In this document: positions 12,641-25,560 of the stretch, in pieces
Layout: each line of letters starts with the position of its first letter
Numbering within the stretch: position 1 is the stretch's first letter
Source of the DNA: Octopus vulgaris
Taxonomy: Eukaryota
NCBI GenBank assembly: GCA_951406725.2
Contig: OX597819.1
Span: forward strand, 11,780,001 to 11,844,000
Length of the DNA: 64,000 nucleotides
Reading direction: 5' to 3'
Notes under the pieces: generated by a model
What the model was told of the DNA's origin: nothing
What the model saw: only the letters and a program-made list of their open reading frames with translations
Database searches by the model: none
Program-made: the position numbers and the translations under genes

Positions 12641-14365
12641 CTGCTCTCTTAGTTTCCCATTAATTATAATACCAGTCAGATATTGGGGGTAAAGAGCCAC
12701 TAACTGTCTGCGTTCCTTCTACAGCAAAATTGGCAGCTTTTTGATTTAAAATATATCTTTATAACCTGAAGTTGTGTTTAGTTTCTGTCTGGATGTTGGA
12801 TGGGATCAGGGTGTGTAGGTATCTGAGCTTGTGTTTGCGGTGTGCCTGTGATGGTAAGTTGGTATGACTGGTTGTATGTCTGTGTGGATGTTTGTGTATA
12901 TTTGCATGTGAACACATATGCACTCACACACACACACACGTGTGTGCATGCACGCACTGCCAATTAAAGAAGCTGTTGTCAGACAAAATGGAAGCCATTT
13001 TGTAGTTTGTTAGATGCATCAGGGAGCAGTTTGTGGTTCTGCTGTGGATTTGCAACATCGCATCCATCCTTCCTTTAAGTTTTTAGTCGACCAATGAAAG
13101 GGTTGTACCCTTACTTTAAGAGTCTTTTAGTGACTGGGTAGTACTCCTCTCTTTAACTGTCTACCAATATATTGACAGTATCCCTAACTTTGATAGCATA
13201 AAAGTGAGGAGGTTTCAAAGCATACGTTTCAAATCATCATCATCATCACCATTGTCTTTATCATCATCATTTTTTTTTTTTTACTTCCCTATTTTCTGTG
13301 CTGACATCTTGCATTAAATGTTTCAAGTTAATATAAAATTCAAAATGGAAGAAGAAACAGATGAACCAGGCATGGTTAAGAGTTTTCAGATTCAACCTGG
13401 TTAGAATGGACCTCGTGTCTATCAAAGATCAGTGTCTTTGAGCATGATGCTGCTTCATAATCTTCATTGGCAAAAACACTTCTTTTTCTATCCATTTATG
13501 TCCTCTCTGGATGCAGTTTTAGTAGTAAAAGCAGTTCAACAAAATGGCATCACCCCACTATTTCTTCTCTGTCTGTCTGCGTGTGTACCTTGTGTATGTA
13601 CAGCATTCATGCTACCCTGTTCACTTGCCATCCCAGTGAGGCATTTGTCAAATTTGGGTCCATGTCTCATTTGCACCCAAACAATTTAACTTTCACTCTG
13701 AGGGAGAGACCCTTTGTTGCCAGCAGAGGTAGTAGATCTTTGAATTATTTTTCCTCCCTGGTCTTACTTTGATCATTAGCACCATGTCTGTGAATTTAAA
13801 GTCTTGTTATACTGACCAAACGGTCAGATGTTCAAGCCTCACTGCTATAGTGATCATTCTACCGTGTGCTTGTAGAGCACATCATCAGGATTCCACTTTA
13901 TCTGACTGGCACAAATATATTGTATTCCCTACTTTTATTATCTGGCAGTCAACATATAAAGTCAGTTAATCCCTAATATAGCAAGCTTACATAGTTGTTC
14001 CACTCATGACCATCCTGTCTTCTCGGTGCCACTCAACAACTACGTTTACCTTTTTACTTTGCTTTCTAACTCAAAACCTGCTCACTAACAAACAGTTAGC
14101 TCTCCAGGTTTTCCTCTACAAACTAATTCGCGTAATCAGATGATATCAACAAATTGTCTGTCTTTCCAGTTAACTGTCTGATTTACCTGTCTGGCCCATC
14201 AAAATCTAGATCCTTGTCTCAGCCTCTTAATTTAAACACTGCTTCAATCAATACACCCAATATCTACAGACTACATTTTTATCTGATCACCATCTACACT
14301 GAGCCTATTAGTCTATCTACCTCTCTCTATACCTAGCTATCCGCCTATCTATTTATAATATTTAT

Positions 14366-14738
<373 letters not shown>

Positions 14739-15596
14739 AACAGCTACATACTGTATATTTATCCTATGAACATATATTTGTACTCTCAATATCTCTACCA
14801 CTGTGTCTGACGCCTGGACAATTACGCAGTGTCTTCCTGTACGTATGTCTGTTTGTGTGTGTGCGTGTGCGTGTGTTTTGCCGTAGGAGTTATCCAGAAT
14901 TAGGTTATTAAAACAAAAATAATGTATAAACACAATCTTAATACCAGCTTTACATCCCTCTCCCCCCCCGTTTATGTTTTTGTCATTATTCACTTAATGG
15001 TTAATCTAAGTGAAAGAAAAGTCATATTTTCACTATTATTCCTTTTAAATGGTGAAGATAGCTCAGCAGGCTCTTTCACAAGACTTAATACTTTGGACAT
15101 CTTTTAAAACAATAAGGCCTCTCTAATTATTTTGCCAAACAACATCTTGTCTTACTGAACCATGCAGGGAGCCATTAGATGGTCGTCCAATCTGCTAGAA
15201 ATAGCAGTCAAATTACTCTCCATTTACACCTTACTGTCTTAGAAAAGGACACGTTAGATAATGTGATCCAAGGTGGCTCATGCCTATGAAAAAGACGAGA
15301 TGGTCACTGGTGAAATACCTTTGGTGACGGGGTTTATTCAATCAGGACTTTGTTGGGGCTAAATAACATCTTGATTTATACTTTAGATATCTCCATGGCA
15401 AGAGAGCATCAATGGAGGAAGTAAGCCTAATTTCATATAATTTGTTGTAAACACTAATGATAAAGAAAAGCCTGGGGTGGGAGGTAGTTATAATAGTATG
15501 CTACACTAATGTCTTTTAGTATGGAAGTCTCATTGCACTGGGTTCTGAGTTCAATTCTTGCTGTGGTAAATGTTATTTATACAATAATACACAGAT

Positions 15597-15975
15597 AGGC
15601 GTAGGAGTGGCTGTGTGGTAAGTAGCTTGCTTACCAACCACATGGTTCCAGGTTCAGTCCCACTGCGTGGCACCTTGGGCAAGTGTCTTCTACTATAGCC
15701 TTGGGCCGACCACTTGTGAGTGGATTTGGTAGACGGAAACTGAAAGAAGCCCGTCGTATATATATATGTGTGTGTCTGAGTTTGTCCCCCCAGCATCGCT
15801 TGACAACCGATGCTGGTATGTTTACATCCCCGTAACTTAGCGGTTCAGCAAAAGAGATCGATTAGCATAAGTACTAGGCTTACAAAGATAAGTCCTGGGG
15901 TCATTGTGCTCGACTAAAGGCGGTGCTCCAGCATGGCCACAGTCAAATGACTGAAACAAGTAAAAGAGTAAAGAG
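15597..15975 (+). mobile_element. tRNA-derived SINE family A
   Basis: Head ggcgtaggagtggctgtgtggtaag...ggttcagtccc, CORE-like ccttgggcaagtgtc, internal (TA/TG)n and a (gagtaaaa)n tail. Confidence 0.9.
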
Positions 15976-16247
15976 ATGTTGCTTCAATCTGTTTCCCTCT
16001 GCCTTCTCCCATCAAATCAATCATGAAGTCTCACCATACAGAGAATAGCAGTAAAATCTCCATCAGATCATATCCTATAATATTGATCTCAGATTTCAAC
16101 ACAAAGATAGCGGTTTTCGTGGGGGCGGGGGAATATTTAAGGTGATCACTTTGACCCCAGCATTCGACTAAAACATATTTTATCGACTCCAAAAAGATGA
16201 CAGACAAAATCAACCACAGCAGAATTTGAACTCAGAACATAAGCATA

Positions 16248-16609
16248 GGCACAGGTGTGGCTGTGTGGTAAGAAGCTTTCTTCGCAACCACATGGTTCCG
16301 GGTTCAGTCCCACTGCATGGCACCTGGGTGTCTTTTACTATAGCCTTGGGCCAACCAAAGCCTTGTGAGTGGATATGGTAAACGAAAACTGAAAGAAGCT
16401 CGTCATATATATATATATATATATTATCACCATCATCATCGTTTAACATCCGCTTTCCATGCTGGAATGGGTTGGACGGTTTGACTGAGGGCTGGCGAAC
16501 CAGAAGGCTGCACCAGGCTCCAGTCTGATCTGGCAAACTTTCTACAGCTGGATGCCGTTCCTAACACCAACCACTCCAACAGTGTAATGGGTGCTTTTAC
16601 ATTCCACTG

Positions 16610-16669
<60 letters not shown>

Positions 16670-16900
16670 TTCTATGTATATGTTTGTGCGTCTGTGTTTC
16701 TCCCCCTCCCCTACCATCGCTTGACAACCGATGCCGGTGTGTTTACATCACCACAACTTAGCCGTTCGGCATAAGAGTCCAATAGAATGAGTATTAAGCT
16801 TACAAAGAATAAAGCCCTGGGGTCGATTTGTTTGGCTAAAGGTGGTGCTCCAGCATGGCCTCAGTCAAATGACTGAAACAGGTAAATGGAAAGTAAATGA
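16248..16900 (+). mobile_element. SINE A interrupted in its internal microsatellite by a module-D (LINE 3' end) insertion at ~16425-16612 (-)
   Basis: The A head and A tail flank an antisense D module. Confidence 0.8.
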
Positions 16901-17124
16901 ATGAAATGCTGTTGTGCCTTTTGCCCAGTATGCCAACAGGTGTGCCGTCTCACTACTTTTCATATTTCATAATATTCAGAAAGAAAAACCTGAATAATAT
17001 AATAAATGCAGGTTTGTCAACCTTGGCAGGATTTGAACTGGAGATATAAACATGAACAAAATACCTCTGAGCATTTTGTCCAGCACATTTAATGATTCTG
17101 CCAGCTCACTGCCTTCTTAATTGT

Positions 17125-17213
17125 AACAACAACAACAATAATAATAATAATAATAACAATAATAACAATAATAATAATTAATAGTAATAATAATAAATAA
17201 TAATAATAATAAT

Positions 17214-17245
<32 letters not shown>

Positions 17246-17303
17246 ATGATAATAATGATAATAAATAATAATAATAATAATGATGATAATAATAATAATA
17301 ATA

Positions 17304-17342
<39 letters not shown>

Positions 17343-17709
17343 TAATAATAATAATAATAATAACAAGAGCACTCAGAGAGCGCAAAACTCCGCCAAGGCA
17401 ACACCAATGTCCTCTCAATGATTAACCAGGATGATTTTTTAAAATGAGAATATCTGAAATGAACTCGACTGCTCTCACTAACGAGAATACTAAAAATGAA
17501 CCTGATTGCTCTCAAAAATTAGGTAACAAAAATAGGAAAAATAATCCAGAATCCTTGTCCGGATTGATCCCAAAATCGAATCAGTTTGTGTCAGTCACGA
17601 GGCCAAACATCCCTAAAGTTTCATCTGAATCCTCTTGAGATATCTCGTCCATGAATAAACAAACAAACAACACAACTGAAAACAATACCTCCACTTTCAC
17701 GAAGGCAGA

Positions 17710-17753
<44 letters not shown>

Positions 17754-17977
17754 TGATGATGATAATGATAATAGTTTCAATCCCCAATAATATTTGGGAG
17801 AGGAAATGAGTTGATTACATTCACCCCAGTCCTCAACTGGTACTTAATTTATCAACCCCAAAAGGATGAAAGGCAAATTCGACCTTGGTGGAATTTGAAC
17901 TCAGAACAGAGCGACAGGCAAAATACCACTAAGCATTTTATCTAGTGTGCTAATGATTCTGCCAGCTCACTACCTTA

Positions 17978-18017
<40 letters not shown>

Positions 18018-18027
18018 TTAATAATTA

Positions 18028-18058
<31 letters not shown>

Positions 18059-18379
18059 AAGAAGAAGGGGAGGAGGAGGGGGAGAAGAAGATGATGATGA
18101 TGATGATTTTTTGCTCTAGGCACAAGGCCTGAAATTTTGGGGAAGGGGTGGGGGCCAGTCGATTAGATCAACCGCAGTACGCAACTGGTACTTACTTTAT
18201 CAACCCCAAAAGGATGAATCCTTTCAGGGTTGACCTCAGCGGAATTTGAACTCAGAACAGAGCGAGGAGCGAAATACCACAAAGCATTTCATCCAGCATG
18301 CTAATGATTCTGCCAGCTCACCGCCTTGAAAAAAAAAAAAAATAATAATAATAATAATAATAACAATAATAATAATAAC

Positions 18380-18435
<56 letters not shown>

Positions 18436-18490
18436 TGATGATGATGACGACGACGACAATAATAATGATAATAATAATAAAAATAATGCT
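17125..18490. repeat. (AAT)n-rich microsatellite field with (GAA)/(GAT) runs and embedded SINE B copies
   Basis: Direct reading. Confidence 0.9.
17363..17714 (-). mobile_element. Helentron-associated non-autonomous element (HINE/DINE-like)
   Basis: The minus strand starts ttacctctgccttcgtgaaagtggaggt (hairpin), has a (TTGT)n tract and a subterminal inverted copy ttggcggag, and ends in the stem-loop gcgctctctgagtgc. It is inserted in (TTA)n. Confidence 0.65.
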
Positions 18491-18976
18491 AATAGTTGTT
18501 GTTATAATGCTAATGACTTGCTGATGAAACACAAGGAATTATATTTATTTATAAGGAAGTCATAATGGTGGTGGGGTGAGGCTACGACATTAACGACAAC
18601 CCGAACAGCATTGAAGGCAAAGACAAAGAAAAATAGAGAGAAATGATTGTTTTATTGGCCTTCTTTTTGTGCCCAACCCCACAGAGCTGTTGCTCCACCC
18701 TGCTTTCATTCCTTCCCTTAGTACACCCACCCATGGCAACCCCCGCTGAGATGTTTCACAACATTCTGTTTGCTTTGCACATCTGTTTTAACCAGTGGTT
18801 AGTCAAGCGGTAACAACATACTGGCCCTGCTTATTTCATTCACACTCCTGTGTGTGTTTGTGTGTGTGTGCGCGCGTGTGTGTGCGAGCGCATGTGTGTG
18901 TGTGCATGTGTGTGTGTGTGTATCTATGTATGCACACACATCTATGTACACTACTTGTATATGGTGTGTGTGTGTG

Positions 18977-19046
<70 letters not shown>

Positions 19047-19049
<3 letters not shown>

Positions 19050-19215
19050 TTTTTTCCTCCGTCTTCCCTTTCTTGGATCTTTCCTTTTCCTATGTTTCTG
19101 ACGAAGAGCTCCGCTCAAAACATTAAATCCTCCTTCTTTCTTTCCATTCCTGAACGTCCAATAACACTATACTTTTTCCACGTCCTCGCGTTGTGTTTTC
19201 ATGTTTGGATCAACT
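19047..19215 (+). mobile_element. Penelope-like fragment with decayed minimal hammerhead
   Basis: 19094-19128 reads gttt CTGACGA a gagc tcc gctc AAAA ca TT aaat, between (TA)n tracts. Confidence 0.6.
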
Positions 19216-19844
19216 ATATATATATATATACATACATACATATATATATATATTTATATACATGTCTATATGCTTACATACAGTGTGTGTGTATGAGTAT
19301 GTGTGTGAGTGTATACATACATAGAAACACACACATACACACATATCTGTATTGTTACATATCTATCTTTTAGTTAAAGAGGAATGCAGTGCGCATAACC
19401 CATTATAGGCCAGAAACTTGGCCTGAATACATGCCATAGAGTGGATGCCATTGAAGGTGATGGTGTTGAACTGAATGGGGGGGCGAAGTGTATAAGGGTG
19501 TGTGTGTGTGTGCGTGTGTGTGTGTGTGCGTGCGTGTGTGTGTGTGCGTGCGTGTGTATCATTCACTGTTATTGTTTTAATGTCCACTTTTCCTTTCTTG
19601 CATGGGTTAGATGAAACTTGTTGAGGCAGGGTTTCTACAGCTGGATGCCCTGCCTGTCACCAACCCTCACCTGTTTCGAAACAAGGTAATATTTCCTTCT
19701 GGCTGGACATGTTTTCATGGAAGATTGGAAACAAATAACACTGCTTGTATGATGGTGACACTTGTTTACAACTATCACGTATGTTAAGACAAGGAGATAG
19801 CTACACAGACACACACAGATACATACATACATTCACCATGATAG

Positions 19845-20025
19845 ATTGCTAGCCACTACCCATTCTTTATTTTCTCTCCTTGTTTCATTGTGTGTTCCTT
19901 TCTGTGGAAGAGCTTAGGCTCGAAACGTTAAAGACTTTTTCACTTCCCAAGCGTTATACTAATACATCTGTTTGTTGTCTACACCACCTGTCTTCGTCTT
20001 TTGTTTTTTTGTGAATTCTCCCCTA
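19845..20025 (+). mobile_element. Family F Penelope-like element copy
   Basis: Homologous to the reverse complement of 347-575; hammerhead-like motif at 19898-19933. Confidence 0.65.
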
Positions 20026-20037
20026 TATATATATATA

Positions 20038-20322
20038 TGGCGAATCTGATGGCTGCACCAGGCTTCAATCTTGATCTGGCAGAGTTTATACAGCTGGATG
20101 CTTTTCCTAACACCAACCACTCCGAGAGTGTAGTGGGCACGTAAAAGCACCCACTACACTCTCGGAGTGGTTGGCATTAGGAAGGGCATCCAGCTGTAGA
20201 AACTCCGCCAGATCAAGATTGAAGCCTGGTGCAGCCATCTGGTTCGCCAGCCCTCAGTCATACGTCCAACCCATGCTAGCATGGAAAGCGGACGTTAAAC
20301 GATGATGATGATGATGACGATG
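20038..20322 (+). mobile_element. Module D (LINE 3' end) preceded by an inverted copy of itself
   Basis: 20038-20137 is the reverse complement of 20150-20249. Confidence 0.85.
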
Positions 20323-20785
20323 ATATATATATATATTTATATATTCTTTTACATGTTTCAGCCCTAAGGCTTTGGCCGTGCTGGAGCACCGCCAGTAATG
20401 AATTAACATTGCAACAGTCTCATCTGTTTCTTTTAGTTTCTGTCTATCCAATCCATTCGCCATGCAGTGGGACTGAACCTGGAACCATGTAGTTGAGAAG
20501 CAAACTTCCTACCACTCAACCACATTTTAATGTTAAGAAGATAGGGTTTTTTCAACCACATTTTTTGAGTTCTGTCTCACTGCATGGAAGCTTGGACAAG
20601 TGTTTTCTATCTCCCTGAGACAACTAAAATCTTGAGAGTGGATTTTTTTATACAGAAACTGAAAGAAATCTGTTGGTAGTATCTAATTATGTTACATCTT
20701 TAATTAATTGAGAATTAAACATCATTATTGTTTTTAATAACTGGATATTTATTGGAAATATACAAATGAGAAATTTGTTTTAATT

Positions 20786-21210
20786 ACTCTTTACTCTTTT
20801 ACTCTTTTACTCTTTTACTCTTTACTCTTTTACTTGTTTCAGTCATTTGACTGCGGCCATGCTGGAGCACCGCCTTTAATCGAGCAAATCGACCCCGGGA
20901 CTTATTCTTTGTAAGCCCAGCACTTATTCTATCGATCTCTTTTGCCGAACCGCTAAGTTTCGGGGACGTAAACACACCAGCATCGGTTGTCAAGCAATGC
21001 GAGGAGGACAGACACAAACACACACACGCATATATATATACATATATACGACGGGCTTCTTTCAGTTTCTGTCTACCAAATCCACTCAGAAGGCTTTGGT
21101 CAGCCCAAGGCTATAGTAGAAGACACTTGCCCAAGGTGCCATGCAGTGGGACTGTACCCGGATCCATGTGGTTAGTAAGCAAGCTACTTACCACACAGCC
21201 ACTCCTACGC
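20786..21210 (-). mobile_element. SINE A with expanded (gagtaaaa)n tail
   Basis: Full-length antisense copy. Confidence 0.9.
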
Positions 21211-21307
21211 CTATATAGATGAAAATCCATGAAGTAGAAACAGTACTGTACTGTATATTTTTTTATATAATTTGTATACATTTATTTTATTATAAATGCA
21301 AAACAAC

Positions 21308-21715
21308 AGGCGCAGGAGTGGCTGTGTGGTAAGTAGCTTGCTAACCAACCACATGGTTCCGGGTTCAGTCCCACTGCGTGACATCTTGGGCAAGTGTCTT
21401 CTGCTATAGCCCCGGGCCAACCAATGCCTTGTGAGTGGATTTGGTAGGCAGAAACTGAAAGAAGCCCATCGTATATATGTATATATATGTGTGTGTGTGT
21501 ATTTGTGTGTCTGTATTTGTCCCCCTAGCATTGCTTGACAACCGATGCTGGTGTGTTTACGTCCCTGTCACTTAGTGGTTCGGCAAAAAGAGACCGATAG
21601 AATAAGTACTGGGCTTACAAAGAATAAGTCCCGGTGTTGATTTGCTCGACTAAAGGCGGTGCTCCAGCATGGCCGCAGTCAAATGACTGAAACAAGTAAA
21701 AGATAAAAAAGAAGA
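21308..21715 (+). mobile_element. SINE A
   Basis: Full-length copy, head-to-head with 20786-21210. Confidence 0.9.
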
Positions 21716-21864
21716 TAAAAAAAAACACCCCACACTCGCCTCCCGAGTCTCGTTTTCCATACAGTATGTGCAATTCTTTGTTTACCCATCTATGGTACAC
21801 TATGTATTTTCTTTTGATATATTTTAATTAATGTGTTATACAAAGCTGTATTTTTATTTATTAA

Positions 21865-22086
21865 CCCTTTCGCTACCAACCCGGCTGAAACCAACTCTGG
21901 CTCTGTAGTACTAATGTCTTGTTTTCATAAGTTTTGAATTAAAATCTTCCATCAAACCTTAGTCACAGTTTATGTTCCTAACACTAGCTCAATGATAATT
22001 AAGTTATTTTACTAAATTCTTTGTTATATTTAAAATTAATTGAAAGAAATACAGAGCATCTCAAAATAAATATGGTAACAAAAGGG
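21865..22086 (+). mobile_element. piggyBac-type MITE
   Basis: TIR ccctttcgytacc / ggtaacaaaaggg with TTAA on both sides. Confidence 0.85.
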
Positions 22087-22117
22087 TTAAAATATATAAT
22101 AGACAAACAATTCTTAA

Positions 22118-22337
22118 CCCTTTCATTACCAACCTGGCTGAAACCGGCTCTGGCTCTGTAGTACAAATGATTTGTTTTTATAAGTTTTGAATTAAAATCT
22201 TCCACCAAACCTTAGTCACAATTTATGTTCCTAACACTAGCTCAATGATAATTAAGTTATTTTACTAAATTCTTTATTATATTTAAAATTAATTGAAAGA
22301 AACAGAGCATCTCAAAATAAATACGGTAACAAAAGGG
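22118..22337 (+). mobile_element. piggyBac-type MITE (adjacent second copy)
   Basis: Same TIRs, with its own TTAA flanks (22114-22117, 22338-22341). Confidence 0.85.
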
Positions 22338-22584
22338 TTAATTTTTTGACATAACAATGCTTATTTTACCACAGAAATAATTAAAATCTAAAAAAATATA
22401 AATACCTATCGGCCACAGAAACCCATGATATACTGAGGAGTCCGCAATATAAATTTACATTTATTAGCCAGAAAAATCTGCAATGTAACTGAGGGCGCGA
22501 TGGGTGAACTACGATATGGCAAGTGATTATTGTATATTCATCGCCCAGGTATGTTACCATTTGCTAGAGGCAATATACTATAGC

Positions 22585-22972
22585 TGGAGGCGCAATGGCC
22601 CAGTGGTTAGGGCAGCGGACTCGCGGTCATAGGATCGCGGTTTCAATTCCCAGACCGGGCGTTGTGAGTGTTTATTGAGCGAAAACACCTAAAGCTCCAC
22701 GAGGCTCCGACAGGGGATGGTGGTGATCCCTGCTGTACTCTTTCACCACAACTTTCTCTCACTCTTACTTCCTGTTTCTGTTGTACCTGTATTTCAAGGG
22801 GCCGGCCTTGTCACTCTCTGTGTCACACTAAATATCCCCGAGAACTACGTTAAGGGTGCACGTGTCTGTGGAGTGCTCAGCCACTTACACGTTAATTTCA
22901 CGAGCAGGCTGTTCCGTTGATTTCGGATCAGCCGGAACCCTCATCGTCGTAACCGACGGAGTGCTTCCATCC
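22585..22972 (+). mobile_element. SINE family C
   Basis: tRNA-like head ggaggcgcaatggcccagtggttagggcagcggactcgcggtc; TSD atactatagc. Confidence 0.9.
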
Positions 22973-23894
22973 ATACTATAGCCACAAAATGTTACTTTGG
23001 TAAAAGCCATATACCATAGACAAGTCATAGTACTATGGTAGATGCTACAATACACTAAAGCTGATACTTATTCCTGTAGTAGAAGTTATGTGTTGCAGCC
23101 AAAATGTGGTCCTGTGATAGAATCTTATATTTCACCATTTTCAAAACCAAATGTTCTAAGTGGACCAATCAGAAATACTTGGAGGGGGGCTTAGAAATAA
23201 AAAGTAAATTTTGATAAAACTTTGACCGAATGTGTGTGCAGGTATTGTTGTGTGATAAGAAATTTGCTTCCCAACCACATGGTTCTGGGTTCTGTCCCAC
23301 TGCATGGTATGGCACCTTGAACAAATGTCTTTGTATACTATAACTTCAGGCTGACCAAAGCCTTGTGGGCGGATTTTGTAGATAGAAACTGAAAAGAAGC
23401 CCATTGTGCGTGTGTATGTGTGTTCGTGCATGTGTGTGTGTGTGTGTCTCTCTCTCTCTCTCTCTCTCTTTGTGACAGTGTTTGTCCTGCACCACTGCTT
23501 GGCAACCAGTGTTGGTGTGTTTATGTCCCTATCACTTAGCAGTTTAGCAAAAGAGACCGATAGAACAAATGTCAAGTTTAAAAACCAGGTAGTGCCCCAG
23601 CATGACCGCGGTCTTATGACTATAACAAGAAAAAATTTTTAAATGGTTCATTTACTTATGGCTGGAATACATTTCACTAATCTTTTACAAACATTAGTAA
23701 GATCTGAACTGACAACAGCATCACTCACTCGTCTGCACTGCCCCCCTCCCCGAGTCCCCCCCCTTTTTTTGCTATCTTCTTCCTTTTCACACCTGGACAC
23801 CCCTCACCTGTCTCTCATGATTGACATGTCTCATTAATTAACAAGACACACGACTAGGTTTACCTTGGCTCTCACTTCGACAACATACATAACA

Positions 23895-24017
23895 TTTGTG
23901 TGTGTGTGCAGATGGACAAATATAGGCATATGTGTATGCATGTACATATATATATATATATATACATGTTGTGTGTGTATACATGTGTATGTACATATGT
24001 ATATATTTGTATACATC

Positions 24018-24097
<80 letters not shown>

Positions 24098-24153
24098 ATA
24101 TATATATACATACATACAAATATACATATACACACACACACACATATATATAT

Positions 24154-24188
<35 letters not shown>

Positions 24189-24231
24189 CGTGAGTGTGTG
24201 TGTGTGCATAAATCTATACATGTGTACATGT

Positions 24232-24309
<78 letters not shown>

Positions 24310-24375
24310 CAAATATACATATACACACACACATACATACATATATATGTGTGTGTGTGTGTGTATATTTGTATA

Positions 24376-24417
<42 letters not shown>

Positions 24418-24420
24418 CAT
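23895..24420. repeat. Compound (TA)/(CA)/(TG) microsatellite
   Basis: Direct reading. Confidence 0.95.
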
Positions 24421-25072
24421 GAAATAGTTGTTGCAGTGAAGATGTCAGCTCCAGTCACCTGCTTCTTCCAGCACATTACTGTTCTGTCATCACCATTGCC
24501 GCTTTGCACCACACCCACCACTCCCACCACCACCACCACGACAACAACAACAGCAACACACACCCGACGCCCCCCACCCCTGGCCAATAACGCCACCGTC
24601 ACCACCATCACCACCACCACCACCTATTCATGCTTAGTCAGTGCCACAAAACTCTAAAGAGATGTCTTTTGTGTCAGACTAGATGAAGACATTGGTTAGA
24701 ATGACAAGATTGTCTGGCATCGGTGGTGATGGTGGTGGCGGCGGTGGTGCTGGTGGTCTGCTTACACTTAGCTATTGTGCATTCTTGTGTGTGTGTGTGT
24801 CTATATATGTATGTGTCATAGATTCCCACAGACTTGAGATGACATGACAGAAACATCTAGATCAATATATACATTGGTCTTCACAATGTATTCAGACATC
24901 CTCTCTGTCTGCCTGCCTGGCTGCGCTTTCAGCCACATACTGATGACATTGTCGTCACTCTCCCTAGTACAGAAATGTGTGTGTGTGTGTGTATCTGTTG
25001 TGACACACTTATGTTTACAGCCTTCTGGTAGTGTCAAACAGTGTCTAACTCTGTGGAAGTGTTTTTCATCTT

Positions 25073-25156
<84 letters not shown>

Positions 25157-25167
25157 CACATATCTCT

Positions 25168-25560
25168 TTTTACTCTCTTTTACTTGTTTCAGTCATTTGA
25201 CTGCGGCCATGCTAGAGCACCGCCTTTAATCGAACAACTCGACCCCGGGACTTATTCTTTTGTAAGCCCAGTACTTATTCTATCGGTCTCTTTTGCCGAA
25301 CCGCTAAGTAACGGGGACATAAGCACACCAGCATCAGTTGTCAAGCAATGCTAGGGGGACAAACACACAAACACACATATATATATATATATATATACAT
25401 ATATACGACAGGCTTCTTTCAGTTTCCGTCTACCAAATCCACTCACAAGGCTTTGGTCGGCCCGAGGCTATAGTAGAAGACACTTGCCCAAGGTGCCACG
25501 CAGTGGGACTGAACCCGAAATCATGTGGTTGGTAAACAAGCTACTTACCACACAGCCACC
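25168..25560 (-). mobile_element. SINE A
   Basis: Near full-length antisense copy after a (CT)n run. Confidence 0.9.

Noticed and set aside
22585-22660. tRNA gene-like sequences at SINE heads (also ~7028-7090 and 62170-62240)
   Set aside because: They continue into SINE bodies, in several cases with TSDs, and lack a proper acceptor stem, so they are not functional tRNA genes.
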